A DNA stretch of 64,000 nucleotides from Candidatus Babelota bacterium (GCA_013287265.1 JABDEC010000002.1:10105-74104); one strand, 5' to 3'. Shown: positions 35,138-44,772, numbered from the stretch's first letter. Translations and numbers: made by a program. Notes: generated from the letters alone by a model not told the origin.

Positions 35138-35513
35138 GCAATTCTAATTTTTTGTTAATTTGATTAAATAAAAAATTTATTATGGATGATTGTATATTTA
35201 ATTTTTGATAACGATTATTAATATTTTTTAAGGTCTTTGAAACATAAATTAAATCATTTAGAAAAATATTTTTTTTGGATCTGATTGATGAATCAATTAA
35301 AAAATTCAATTTAATCAAATAAAAAAATATTAAATTATCATTTTTAACAAAATAAGGTTGCGAATTTAAATGAATTAATTCATTAATAATTATTATGACT
35401 TTAATTATTATCTCATGTTGACTTACAGGGAAAATACGGTCAAATGATATTTTTTTTTGCGCAAACGAGTTAAAAGAAAAAATTAAAATAATTGCGCAAA
35501 AAAATTTTTTCAT
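35109..35513 (-). CDS. Hypothetical exported protein
   Basis: The start at 35513 gives the signal peptide MKKFFCAIILIFSFNSFAQ. Confidence 0.45.
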   Translation of the reverse strand: MKKFFCAIILIFSFNSFAQKKISFDRIFPVSQHEIIIKVIIIINELIHLNSQPYFVKNDNLIFFYLIKLNFLIDSSIRSKKNIFLNDLIYVSKTLKNINNRYQKLNIQSSIINFLFNQINKKLELLTIHNLFLK

Positions 35514-35678
35514 GAAATTTTTCTCCCCAAATAAATAATACACATAATTTTATACCATTTGTCAATAATTAATTTATTAATGAATAATATTTATTTCTAT
35601 TTTATATTTAATTTAAATAATAATTTAAAAAAATTATTGGATCGTTATAATTAGAATTTATAAAAATGAAAGATATAA

Positions 35679-36002
35679 ATGAAAAAAACAATTTTAATAT
35701 TCATCTTTTTAATGATAGCAAATATAAATTTCACTACTTGCAAAATTAATCTTTTCCCAAAAGTACTTTCAGCCTTGGTAATGTACAAAGTAATTACCTG
35801 TTTAGATCAAAATAAAATTGAAAATTGGCTTATTGGTCTTGAAGCTGGGGAAAACGAAAAATCAGAACAAACAATAAAAGAAAACAAAGAATTTAGAACA
35901 CAATTTGGCATTTTCATAAGAGTTGGATTAACAATTCTTAGTGGAATAATATCAAAGGAAATTTTTACTGCAACTTTTGAAGAACCTAAAATTCTTTATT
36001 AA
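35679..36002 (+). CDS. Small exported/membrane protein (tandem paralog 1)
   Basis: Signal peptide. Shares LSALVMYKVITCLDQNKIENW / RVGLTILSGIISKEIF with the next ORF. Confidence 0.5.
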   Translation: MKKTILIFIFLMIANINFTTCKINLFPKVLSALVMYKVITCLDQNKIENWLIGLEAGENEKSEQTIKENKEFRTQFGIFIRVGLTILSGIISKEIFTATFEEPKILY

Positions 36003-36014
36003 ATTGGAAAAAAA

Positions 36015-36329
36015 ATGAACTACAAATTATTATTAATCATTATCTTCAATTTAACTCTTCAATTAAAAGCAGAAAATGAAACAAAAGCCACCCTCAATTT
36101 CTTAAGTAAAATAATGGCGGCAACCGTCTCATATATGACTTTCAGCCTTTTAGATGAAAAAAAAGTTAAAAACTTATTTGAATCCTTAGATAAAAATTTT
36201 TTTATAAAACAATGCAATGAAAGTAATGAAATTTATGAATTTAAATCAATATTTGTTTGTCCATCTATCAGGATTCTTTTTACAATACTCGCAGGATTAG
36301 TTACTTATGACATTTTAAAAACTAGATAA
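36015..36329 (+). CDS. Small exported/membrane protein (tandem paralog 2)
   Basis: MAATVSYMTFSLLDEKKVKNL / RILFTILAGLVTYDIL are colinear with 35679..36002. Confidence 0.5.
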   Translation: MNYKLLLIIIFNLTLQLKAENETKATLNFLSKIMAATVSYMTFSLLDEKKVKNLFESLDKNFFIKQCNESNEIYEFKSIFVCPSIRILFTILAGLVTYDILKTR

Positions 36330-36338
36330 ATTTTTAAA

Positions 36339-36926
36339 TTAAAAAGGCAAATCATCCTGAAATGGCGGTTCATCTTTAAATTCAGTTTCGGTAAATATAT
36401 TTTCTGAATCATCTGATGATGTTAATTCTTTAGCTTTTTTGACAATGTTTTTCTTTAAATTTTTCTTTTCAGAATCAATGGTTCTTGATTTAATTTCACC
36501 TATTTGGTCCAATAAATCTTTTTCCATCTTATTTTTAGGTTCAATTTTTTCTTCAGAATTTTCATTAGCGGTTACGATATCATTGGATGCTGATGCTGAA
36601 GAAAGGAAAACAACACGATCAGCAACAATTGTATGCTTGCTTCGCGTTTGACCTTCATTATCTTTCCATGAATCAAATTTTAAACGCCCTTCAATTAAAA
36701 CTGGTCTTCCTTTTTGTAAATATTGTCTGCAACTTTCTGCCTGTGGTCCCCAAACGTCAATATCAACATAACAGACTTCCTGAACCATATTTCCTGTCTG
36801 TTTATTTTTAAATTGCCTGTTTGATGCTAACCCCAATTTGCACATTGCCTGACCTGATGTAAGTTGTTTATATTCAGGATCACGGGTTAAATTTCCAGCA
36901 ATAATAATCCGGTTAAAACTAGCCAT
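36339..36926 (-). CDS. ssb: Single-stranded DNA-binding protein
   Basis: MASFNRIIIAGNLTRDPEYK...VDIDVWGPQAE...GRPVLIEGRLKFDSW is the OB fold. The acidic C-terminal tip is FQDDLPF. Confidence 0.93.
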   Translation of the reverse strand: MASFNRIIIAGNLTRDPEYKQLTSGQAMCKLGLASNRQFKNKQTGNMVQEVCYVDIDVWGPQAESCRQYLQKGRPVLIEGRLKFDSWKDNEGQTRSKHTIVADRVVFLSSASASNDIVTANENSEEKIEPKNKMEKDLLDQIGEIKSRTIDSEKKNLKKNIVKKAKELTSSDDSENIFTETEFKDEPPFQDDLPF

Positions 36927-36955
36927 TTTATAATAACCTTTCAAAAAAGTTAAAG

Positions 36956-37318
36956 TTAATTTTTAAATTTCTTTTTTAAAGCAAACAATTTTTTTTTACA
37001 ATTTTTTAAACTCTTATCTAACTCATTTTTCAAAGATTCAAGTTCCTTTAAATAATAATTTTCTTTTTTTACAGAACCGTCAATATTTGAAATACAATTT
37101 TCAACTTGTTTGAATATAAATTTACGTAAATCAATAGAAAATTCGTTTAGTAAAATATCCAAGTCTAAAATTTCATTTGCTAATGATAAAATTTTTTCAT
37201 GGGAATTACCCAAATTTTGTTTTTGTGCAATTTTTTTTGGAATTATGAATTCCGAATCATTAGAAAAACAAAACGGTGCAAACAATAAGAAAAATGAAAG
37301 AATTGTTTTTAAAATCAT
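36956..37318 (-). CDS. Hypothetical exported coiled-coil protein
   Basis: Signal peptide MILKTILSFFLLFAPFCFS, followed by a heptad-like charged sequence. Confidence 0.45.
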   Translation of the reverse strand: MILKTILSFFLLFAPFCFSNDSEFIIPKKIAQKQNLGNSHEKILSLANEILDLDILLNEFSIDLRKFIFKQVENCISNIDGSVKKENYYLKELESLKNELDKSLKNCKKKLFALKKKFKN

Positions 37319-37323
37319 GAAAA

Positions 37324-37929
37324 TTATTTTTGAATATTATTTTGAAAATAAAATTGCTTAAAACCAATTGTAACATAATGAACAAAAGAAGAAAGAACGA
37401 GTACAAAAATAATGCTTAGAAAAATAATATATAAATTGATGTTCTCCAAATTTAAAAAATAACTTAAAAAAATCCAAATTATAAATAATGAATGAGCATC
37501 CATTGTTATTTTGCCTAAAATTGTAGGTTTAATATCCAAATTTCCTTTTAAAACAAATACAATAAATGCTCCAAAAACTAATAATATTTCTTTAAAAAGA
37601 ACTAAAAAAAATAATGAAACTGGAATAAAGTAGGCCGGCGGATGGTCAATTAAAGCATAATAAGTTGAAAGTATAAATAATTTATCAGCAATTGGGTCTA
37701 AAATTGCTCCCAATAAAGTTTGTTCATTCCATTTTCTTGCTAAATATCCATCTAAAAGATCTGATAACGAAGAAAAAACTATGAGAAAAAAAGCCAAATT
37801 CCAATTGTGTGAAAAGATTGAATAAACTATGAAAGGTATGGATAAAATTCTAAAAATCGTAAGTTTTGTTGGAAAAGTAATTCTAAGCTCATTTACTGGT
37901 AAATTCTTTAAAAATGCATATAATTTCAT
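37324..37929 (-). CDS. pgsA: CDP-diacylglycerol--glycerol-3-phosphate 3-phosphatidyltransferase (CDP-alcohol phosphatidyltransferase family)
   Basis: DLLDGYLARKWNEQTLLGAILDPIADKL matches D(x)2DG(x)2AR...G(x)3D(x)3D. Multiple TM helices. Confidence 0.88.
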   Translation of the reverse strand: MKLYAFLKNLPVNELRITFPTKLTIFRILSIPFIVYSIFSHNWNLAFFLIVFSSLSDLLDGYLARKWNEQTLLGAILDPIADKLFILSTYYALIDHPPAYFIPVSLFFLVLFKEILLVFGAFIVFVLKGNLDIKPTILGKITMDAHSLFIIWIFLSYFLNLENINLYIIFLSIIFVLVLSSFVHYVTIGFKQFYFQNNIQK

Positions 37930-38071
37930 ATAATTTCCTTGCTATATCAAATGAATTTATATCAATAAAATTCCCTTTGCAAACCTGATTAATTAATTTG
38001 ACAATATTTTAAATAAATATATAATTAATTATTACTAATAGTAATTTTACTAAAAATGGTGGTTTAAAGAT

Positions 38072-39091
38072 ATGAATATAAAAAGATTAGTAATTTTTGC
38101 ACTTTTAATATTTTCAAAATTAACTTTATCAATGGATGATTTTAAATTTGAATCTGGAGATTTTGATTTGACACAGGAAGAATTAGAAAGAGTTATGTTT
38201 GGTTCTGAAAAATCTTCAGCATTATTCGAAATTCCATTTGATTTCACAGATAAAAATCAATTTTTAAATGCAATGAGTTTAGTTACAGGTAATTCTACTT
38301 TTAAACAATCTCGTAGAAAAACCAAAGAACAAAACCAACAAAAAATAAAATTATTTAAAAAAATTGCTGATGAAGATCAAATTTTAAGTGTTATAAATAA
38401 GCTTATTGAAAAAGAAGAATTAACTGATTTAAGAAAATTATTAGAAATTTTAGAAAATAAATCAAGACTAAATATTGAAATGATCAAAAAAATTATCATC
38501 CAAATTAATGAAAGAAAAAAGACACTCAAGCCAGCCCCATCAAAATCTGACTTAGAATTAGCGATAGAGATTGATTTAAATAAAAAAATTCAAGAATTAG
38601 TTCTAAAATATTTAAAAAAACTAAATGGAAAAAATAAATTAAATAATTTGCGACAAATAGAAGGAAATCAACAAGAACAAGATCAACAACAAGAAGCACC
38701 TAATCGAAAGAAAAAAAAGAGAAAAAATTCCCACAAAGATTTGCTTCAAGCACAAAAATTTATAAAAAGTAAATTTGATGATCTTCACAAGTTTAATTTA
38801 TTTATTTACAAAAAAATTGAAATACTCCAAAAATTATTTATCGACAATAATGACAATAATATAGAAAACGAAGCGGCTAATAAAATTCAAAACATGTATA
38901 AAGCATGCTGTAATGTTCTGGCATTCTTATCTAGAAATGAAAATCAAATTAGGGAACTAATTTTATCAATAAATGATAATAAATATATAGAAAGTTATGA
39001 TGCAATATGCCGAATGCTCAATGTGAACATTCTTCAATTGCAAGTTCTGCATAGAGAATTTTTAGTATTAACTAATAATTCCAGATCCTAA
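38072..39091 (+). CDS. Hypothetical exported coiled-coil protein with a basic NLS-like patch
   Basis: Signal peptide MNIKRLVIFALLIFSKLTLS. Charged helical sequence. PNRKKKKRKNSHK. Confidence 0.55.
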   Translation: MNIKRLVIFALLIFSKLTLSMDDFKFESGDFDLTQEELERVMFGSEKSSALFEIPFDFTDKNQFLNAMSLVTGNSTFKQSRRKTKEQNQQKIKLFKKIADEDQILSVINKLIEKEELTDLRKLLEILENKSRLNIEMIKKIIIQINERKKTLKPAPSKSDLELAIEIDLNKKIQELVLKYLKKLNGKNKLNNLRQIEGNQQEQDQQQEAPNRKKKKRKNSHKDLLQAQKFIKSKFDDLHKFNLFIYKKIEILQKLFIDNNDNNIENEAANKIQNMYKACCNVLAFLSRNENQIRELILSINDNKYIESYDAICRMLNVNILQLQVLHREFLVLTNNSRS

Positions 39092-40120
39092 ACATTCTGC
39101 ATTATTATAAAATACAGCAAATTGTCCCGAAGCAATTCCCTGGTCATTTTTATCAATTTTAACAATCGCTTCTTTGGAATTTTCAAAATTTATTGAACAA
39201 TTATATTTTGTTTCGCCATGTCTTAATTTCACTTGTAAACTGTTTGTTTCCGGCGATTTTCGATTGACCCAATTAAAATTTGTAACTTTAAATCTGTCCC
39301 TAATTTTATCAACAGCATGATAATTTTTTGAAATATAAACGATATTTTTTTCAATATCTTTTGAAACTACATACCAAGGTCCGCCAGAAAGACCAATTCC
39401 TTGTCTTTGGCCAATTGTATAAAACCAATAACCTTCATGATTTGCAATTTTTTTCCCGGTTTCAAATTCAATAATATCCCCCTTTTTTGTTCCTAAATGC
39501 GCATTTATAAAATCTTTGAATTTAAATTTTCCAAGAAAACAAATTCCCTGGCTGTCTTTTCTGTCTTTATTGGCAAGGTCAAATTCCTGGGCTAATTTAC
39601 GAACTTCTTCTTTTTTAAAATGGCCGATAGGAAACATTGCTTTTGCAAGTTGTGATTGAGTTAAATGAGCTAAAAAATATGTTTGGTCTTTTATAGGGTC
39701 TGGCGAAGCAATTAATTTAAAAATTCCATTTTCCTGAATAACCTGCGCATAATGTCCTGTTGCAATTTTTTGAAAAGCAGGATCAATTTTTGAGTAAAAT
39801 GAACCAAATTTAATTCTTGAATTGCAAAAAACATCAGGGTTTGGCGTTCTTCCAGCTTTGCATTCAGCAATTGTATATTTTACAATTTCATCATGATATT
39901 CTTTTTGTAAAGAAATAACTTCAAGTGGAACTTTAAGTTTTGCGCAAACTTTTTCAACAAAATCTAAATCTTCTTGCCATGGACAATCACCAAGATAAGA
40001 AAGTTCATCTTCTAACCAAATTTTTAAATAAAATGCTGTAACTTCATGTCCCTGATCTTGCAAAAGTTTTAAAGCTACAGAACTATCAACCCCACCGGAT
40101 ACTAAAACTGCAATTTTCAC
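39068..40120 (-). CDS. mnmA: tRNA-specific 2-thiouridylase MnmA
   Basis: MKIAVLVSGGVDSSVA (PP-loop), GRTPNPDVFCN, DSQGICFLG, GIASGQFAVFY. Confidence 0.95.
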   Translation of the reverse strand: MKIAVLVSGGVDSSVALKLLQDQGHEVTAFYLKIWLEDELSYLGDCPWQEDLDFVEKVCAKLKVPLEVISLQKEYHDEIVKYTIAECKAGRTPNPDVFCNSRIKFGSFYSKIDPAFQKIATGHYAQVIQENGIFKLIASPDPIKDQTYFLAHLTQSQLAKAMFPIGHFKKEEVRKLAQEFDLANKDRKDSQGICFLGKFKFKDFINAHLGTKKGDIIEFETGKKIANHEGYWFYTIGQRQGIGLSGGPWYVVSKDIEKNIVYISKNYHAVDKIRDRFKVTNFNWVNRKSPETNSLQVKLRHGETKYNCSINFENSKEAIVKIDKNDQGIASGQFAVFYNNAECLGSGIIS

Positions 40121-40137
40121 AGTCCATCCTTTTTGAT

Positions 40138-40932
40138 TTACGAAACTTTTTGTGATTTTGCCGGTGGTTCAACTGGTTCATTATTTTCTAATTCCTGAGT
40201 TAATGGTTCATTTTCATCCGAAATTTTCATTAGCTCGTCATAATTACCTCTCAATCTTGCAATATCTTCAAATGTTAAAAATTGATTACTAAAATTATGT
40301 TCTAAATGAGGTCCGCATATACAACTTGGAAACATGGTAGCTTTTATTTTTTTATCAGCTCCAGACTTAATTAAAATTTTAGCAACATCCAATTGGTTAT
40401 AAAAAACTGCCTCATGTAAAGGAGTCCAATCCTTAACAAGTAATAAAAGACTATCACTAACAATTTCAAATTCAGCAGCCATTTCTTTTGCTTTCTTTAG
40501 ATCAGCCTTCAATGGACCAAAACAAGAATAATCTGGGATAGCATTTGTCTTTATTGAACGAAAACATAATTTTTCGCCAATTGTTATATTAACAATCGCG
40601 CCACATTCAATTAATATTTGCGTAATAGTTGCATAACCATTTCTTGCGGCTATGTGTAAAGGCGTTGTATTATCACTGACATTGACATTAATTTTACGAT
40701 TTTTTATTTCACGTTTAATTTGATCAATTAGTAAAACTTTCCAATTTCTTGAAACATTTTGATTAAGCAATTTCATCAAAGATTTAACTAAATTTTCCGG
40801 TGAAGAATCATCAATTTCAATTAAAAATGGCAAAATTCCATTTTTTACAATTGCATTATTAATTCTTTCAAAAGAATTTAAAGAATTTAAAGAAAATAGG
40901 AACAAAATTAAAAATAATTTTTTAAACATCAA
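40138..40932 (-). CDS. Ankyrin-repeat protein with a signal peptide
   Basis: TTPLHIAARNGYATITQILIECGAIVN and WTPLHEAVFYNQLDVAKILIKSGADK. Confidence 0.8.
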   Translation of the reverse strand: MMFKKLFLILFLFSLNSLNSFERINNAIVKNGILPFLIEIDDSSPENLVKSLMKLLNQNVSRNWKVLLIDQIKREIKNRKINVNVSDNTTPLHIAARNGYATITQILIECGAIVNITIGEKLCFRSIKTNAIPDYSCFGPLKADLKKAKEMAAEFEIVSDSLLLLVKDWTPLHEAVFYNQLDVAKILIKSGADKKIKATMFPSCICGPHLEHNFSNQFLTFEDIARLRGNYDELMKISDENEPLTQELENNEPVEPPAKSQKVS

Positions 40933-41374
40933 ATCTTACCTTTTTCCTATTAAAAAAACCTGATTTTTTAACTTTTCCTGAGCAAATCAATTCTTCAACA
41001 TCCGGTTTTTCTTCTGCAAATCTAATAGTTACGTATAAATCATTATTTTCCGGCTCTTGAAGTATTTTAATTTGAATTAATAAGGCATCATATAAATTTC
41101 TAAATCCATTGCCTCGTGCTATGTCTTTTAATAAGTTAATTTTTCTAATATCGTAATCTAATAAAGTTGAAGTGATATCAAAATCCGGATCTTTTGATAA
41201 AGCTTGTTCCATTGCCTGCGCTTCGCATTGAAGTAGTTGGAATTCTTTTTTATCTGAATAATTGTCAGGATCAAGTCCATTCATAAACATTACTAATTTA
41301 GCATTGCCTAATTCGGCCGTTTGATTAAGTCCAAAACTGAATAAAATTAATATAAAAAATGTCTTTTTTATCAT
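40922..41374 (-). CDS. Hypothetical exported protein
   Basis: Signal peptide MIKKTFFILILFSFGLNQTAE. Overlaps the downstream ankyrin gene by 11 nt, so the two are probably co-transcribed. Confidence 0.5.
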   Translation of the reverse strand: MIKKTFFILILFSFGLNQTAELGNAKLVMFMNGLDPDNYSDKKEFQLLQCEAQAMEQALSKDPDFDITSTLLDYDIRKINLLKDIARGNGFRNLYDALLIQIKILQEPENNDLYVTIRFAEEKPDVEELICSGKVKKSGFFNRKKVRFDV

Positions 41375-41560
41375 TTTATATCTCCGTTCTACATAATTTA
41401 ATCTAATTCAATAATTCATATATTAACATTTTTTTAAAAACTGTAAAATTATGTTTTCATATAGAAATTTTACCACTATTAAATTTTTGAAAAAAAATAC
41501 AAAATAGTATTTCATTAACCATAAAAAAATCATAATCTTAATTTATTGATTATTGGTTAT

Positions 41561-41590
41561 TTGACATTATCTTAATATTTGTGATACGAT
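41561..41590 (+). promoter_or_regulatory. Putative promoter of the argS leader (TTGACA, 18-nt spacer, extended -10 TGaTACGAT)
   Basis: The sequence reads TTGACA ttatcttaatatttgtga TACGAT. Confidence 0.45.
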
Positions 41591-41644
41591 TAATATCAGA
41601 TTGAAATATTTGAAATAAAAACGTTAATAACAACACAACACTTC

Positions 41645-41733
41645 AAATCTAGCTGGTCGCTGTAAAACCCTCTTAGCATTGGTTTTAAATTACTCAATTT
41701 CAGTAAAATCTAGTGACCAGCTAGATTTTTTTT
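41645..41733 (+). terminator. Leader hairpin plus T-run upstream of argS (putative attenuator / intrinsic terminator)
   Basis: AAATCTAGCTGGTC (41645-58) is the perfect complement of GACCAGCTAGATTT (41715-28), and 10 consecutive T (41726-41735) run out of the 3' arm of that stem. The intervening sequence can form TAAAACC...GGTTTTA, and there is a competing local hairpin ATCTAG-tgaccag-CTAGAT. Confidence 0.5.
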
Positions 41734-41795
41734 ATTTAAAAAATCTTTATAATCATTCATATAAATTAAAACGCCTAAAATTCAGGATTTTCAAA

Positions 41796-43439
41796 ATGAA
41801 CTTGATAGAAAATCTTAAGTTATCTTTTAACAATTTTTTAATTAAAAATTTCCCGGATTCACAGCAAATAAAAAATTATGAATTTGAATTAAATACGGAT
41901 GAATCAAAAAAAGAATTCGGAGATTTAAATTCAAATGCAGCTATGATTTTAGCTAAGGAATTAAAAAAAAATCCTAAAGAAATAGCAAACTTAATAACAA
42001 CAAAATTTTCAGATAAATTCGTAAAAAAAATAGAAATTGCAGGTCCTGGATTTTTAAATTTTTTTCTAACTGATGAAGCATTTATTGAATTAACTAAAGA
42101 ATTATATGATCAAAAAGAAAACTTTTTTAAATTAGACAAAAATTCAAAAAAATATAATTACAATGTTGAGTTTGTTAGTGCAAATCCAACCGGTCCATTG
42201 CATATAGGTCATGGAAGAGGCGGAATAATCGGTGACGTACTTTCAAATGTTTTAAAATTTTTAGGGCATAATGTAACAAAAGAATTTTATATCAATGATG
42301 CCGGTAATCAAATACAAAAATTGGGATTATCTTTAAAAATAAGATGCGAACAAATTTTAGGCAAAGAAATAAATCTGCCAGAAGACGGTTATCAGGGAGA
42401 GTATTTAATCAATCTGGCAAAAGAATGTATAAAAGAATTTGGTAAAAATGTAATTGAAAAACCAAGTGAATTTTTTGAAGATTATGCAAAAGAAAAATTA
42501 TTACAAGCAATCAAACAAACATTATCAGAATACGGAATAATATTTGATGTTTGGTTTTCTGAAAAAAGTTTACATGAAAATGGATCTGTTGAAAAATCAA
42601 TAAAAAAATTAATTGAACTTGGTGAAACTTATGAACAAGAAGGCGCACTTTGGTTCAAATCAACAACATATGGTGACGACAAAGACAGAGTTTTAAAAAA
42701 ATCGAATGGTGAATTGACATATGTTGCTTCTGACATTGCATACATGCAAAGCAAAATTGAACGCGGTTCAAATTATCTTGTGATGGTTTTAGGACAAGAT
42801 CATCATAGTTATGTTGTTCGTCTTCATGGCATTCAAAAAGCATTAAAATTAGATAAATATCCACTTGATATAATTCTTTATCAATTAGTAAAAATTAAAG
42901 AAGGCGGTCAATTTGTAAAATTATCTAAACGTGCAGGCAAAATAATAACTTTAAAAGATATTATAGAAACAGTTGGTAAAGATGTAGCAAGATTCTTTTA
43001 TTTAAATAGAAAAGCAGACGCTCAATTAGAACTTGATTTAGATTTAGCATTAAAAAAAACTGATGAAAATCCGGTTTATTATGTCCAATATGCTTACGTT
43101 CGAATCAATAGCATTTTAGAAAAAGCAAAAGATGAAAATATCAAATTTGATATTAATGATGCATCTAATATTGCCAATGAAGAATTTTTTTTGATAAAGA
43201 AAATTGTTTCACTGAAAAACATGCTCGAAAATATTAGCCATAACCATCAAACACATCTTCTTGCATATTATTTAATTGAATTGGCTACAATCTTTCATAG
43301 ATATTATTACAATCACAGAATTATTGATCCTCAAAATATTGAAAAAAGCAAAGCCAGATTATTGACAATTTCCTTACTGAAAGACACATTCCAAACAGGC
43401 TTAAAATTATTAGGAATCTCCCAGCCAGAAAGAATGTAA
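41796..43439 (+). CDS. argS: Arginine--tRNA ligase
   Basis: SANPTGPLHIGHGRGG (HIGH), the class I catalytic core, and a C-terminal DALR-type anticodon-binding region. The start is moved to MNLIENLK at 41796 because the track start lies inside the leader hairpin. Confidence 0.93.
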   Translation: MNLIENLKLSFNNFLIKNFPDSQQIKNYEFELNTDESKKEFGDLNSNAAMILAKELKKNPKEIANLITTKFSDKFVKKIEIAGPGFLNFFLTDEAFIELTKELYDQKENFFKLDKNSKKYNYNVEFVSANPTGPLHIGHGRGGIIGDVLSNVLKFLGHNVTKEFYINDAGNQIQKLGLSLKIRCEQILGKEINLPEDGYQGEYLINLAKECIKEFGKNVIEKPSEFFEDYAKEKLLQAIKQTLSEYGIIFDVWFSEKSLHENGSVEKSIKKLIELGETYEQEGALWFKSTTYGDDKDRVLKKSNGELTYVASDIAYMQSKIERGSNYLVMVLGQDHHSYVVRLHGIQKALKLDKYPLDIILYQLVKIKEGGQFVKLSKRAGKIITLKDIIETVGKDVARFFYLNRKADAQLELDLDLALKKTDENPVYYVQYAYVRINSILEKAKDENIKFDINDASNIANEEFFLIKKIVSLKNMLENISHNHQTHLLAYYLIELATIFHRYYYNHRIIDPQNIEKSKARLLTISLLKDTFQTGLKLLGISQPERM

Positions 43440-43522
43440 AACAGATCCAATTTGATAATTAATTGTTATTTTGGCAAACTAAATAATTAAAACAGGTTAA
43501 ATTACCCTTCTTAAGGATTATT

Positions 43523-44119
43523 ATGGCAAAAATAAGTATAGAATTAATTCAAAAATTAAGAGAAAGAACAGGAGCTGGAATGCTTGATTGCAGAAAAGCT
43601 CTTGAAGAAACTGATGGTGATATTGAAAAAGCAGTTGAAATTTTAAGAAAAAAAGGCGCCGCAATAGCCGCTAAAAGAGCTGGAAAGGAAACCTCAGAAG
43701 GAGTTGTCCATGCTTATATTCATCCGGGCAGTAAAATTGGCGTATTAATTGAAATAAATTGTGAAACAGATTTTGTCGCAAGAACTGATGTAGTACAAAA
43801 TTTAGCAAAAGATCTTTGTATGCAAATCGCAGCTTTAAAGCCACTTTATTTATCGCCTGAAAATGTTGATCAAAAATTTTTAGAACATGAAAGATCAATT
43901 TTTAAAGAACAATTAACAAGCTCAGGAAAACCTGCAAAAATTATTGATCAGATTGTAGAAGGAAAAATAAATAAATTATTCAATGAAATTTGCTTATTAA
44001 AACAATCTTATATCAAAAATGATCAATTAACGATTGAAGATTTAGTTAAAGAAGCTATTGCAAAAACCGGTGAAAATATAAAAATAAATCGTTTTTGCAG
44101 ATTTGAAATTGGAGCATAA
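43523..44119 (+). CDS. tsf: Elongation factor Ts (short form)
   Basis: ELIQKLRERTGAGMLDCRKALEETDGDIEKAVEILRKKG (UBA-like N-terminus), then IEINCETDFVART. Confidence 0.95.
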   Translation: MAKISIELIQKLRERTGAGMLDCRKALEETDGDIEKAVEILRKKGAAIAAKRAGKETSEGVVHAYIHPGSKIGVLIEINCETDFVARTDVVQNLAKDLCMQIAALKPLYLSPENVDQKFLEHERSIFKEQLTSSGKPAKIIDQIVEGKINKLFNEICLLKQSYIKNDQLTIEDLVKEAIAKTGENIKINRFCRFEIGA

Positions 44120-44133
44120 AAAAACGGAATTAT

Positions 44134-44718
44134 ATGATTAAAATTACATTAAATACTACTAATAAAGATTTTGAAAATGCTTTAAAACCCGAAATGGAAA
44201 AAGCTATAGAACATTTCAAAAAAGAAATTTTGAAATTAAGAACAGGAAGAGCAAATACTGCAATGGTTGAAAATATAAGAATTGTAGCTTATGGCGACTC
44301 TGAAATGCCAATAAAAGAAGTAGGAGCAATATCAACTCCTGATTCAAGACTTATAGTTATTCAACCTTGGGATAAATCATTAATTCCAAATATTGAAAAA
44401 GGAATTATGGATGCAGGAATGGGCTTCACTCCCGTTAATGATGGCGAAATTATTCGAATTCAATTACCATTTATGACAACTGCTCAAAGAGATGAGTTAA
44501 TTAAAGTTCTTGGAAAAAAATTAGAAGAGTGCAAAGTAGCAATACGCAATATTAGAAAAGATTTTCAAAATTCAGTAAGAGATGCTGAAAAAGCTCATTC
44601 TCTGTCAATTGATTTCTCAAAAAGATTATTGGCTATTTTACAAGATTTTACAGACAAATACATAGAAATGGCTGATCAAATTTCAACAAAAAAAGAGCAG
44701 GAAATAAAAACAGCTTAA
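44134..44718 (+). CDS. frr: Ribosome recycling factor
   Basis: KKEILKLRTGRANTAMVENIRIVAYG...ISTPDSRLIVIQPWDKS...IRIQLPFMTTAQRDELIK...IRNIRKD. Confidence 0.95.
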   Translation: MIKITLNTTNKDFENALKPEMEKAIEHFKKEILKLRTGRANTAMVENIRIVAYGDSEMPIKEVGAISTPDSRLIVIQPWDKSLIPNIEKGIMDAGMGFTPVNDGEIIRIQLPFMTTAQRDELIKVLGKKLEECKVAIRNIRKDFQNSVRDAEKAHSLSIDFSKRLLAILQDFTDKYIEMADQISTKKEQEIKTA

Positions 44719-44772
44719 TTATTTCTTTATTTTTAAGAAAAGCTATTATAAAATTATAAAAATTTAATAATT

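Noticed and set aside
36439-36811. ORFs 36439..36651 (+) and 36587..36811 (+)
   Set aside because: They are antisense to ssb, which is strongly supported.
41600-41740. A T-box riboswitch upstream of argS
   Set aside because: I could not find the T-box 14-mer (AGGGUGGNACCGCG), a specifier-loop/GA-motif arrangement or an antiterminator bulge. Only a generic hairpin plus T-run is evident. It is kept as an unclassified leader instead.
41679-41795. A 39-codon N-terminal extension of ArgS from a TTG start, and a possible leader peptide
   Set aside because: The extension runs through the leader hairpin and T-run and has no similarity to ArgS N-termini. MNLIENLK at 41796 aligns with normal ArgS starts.
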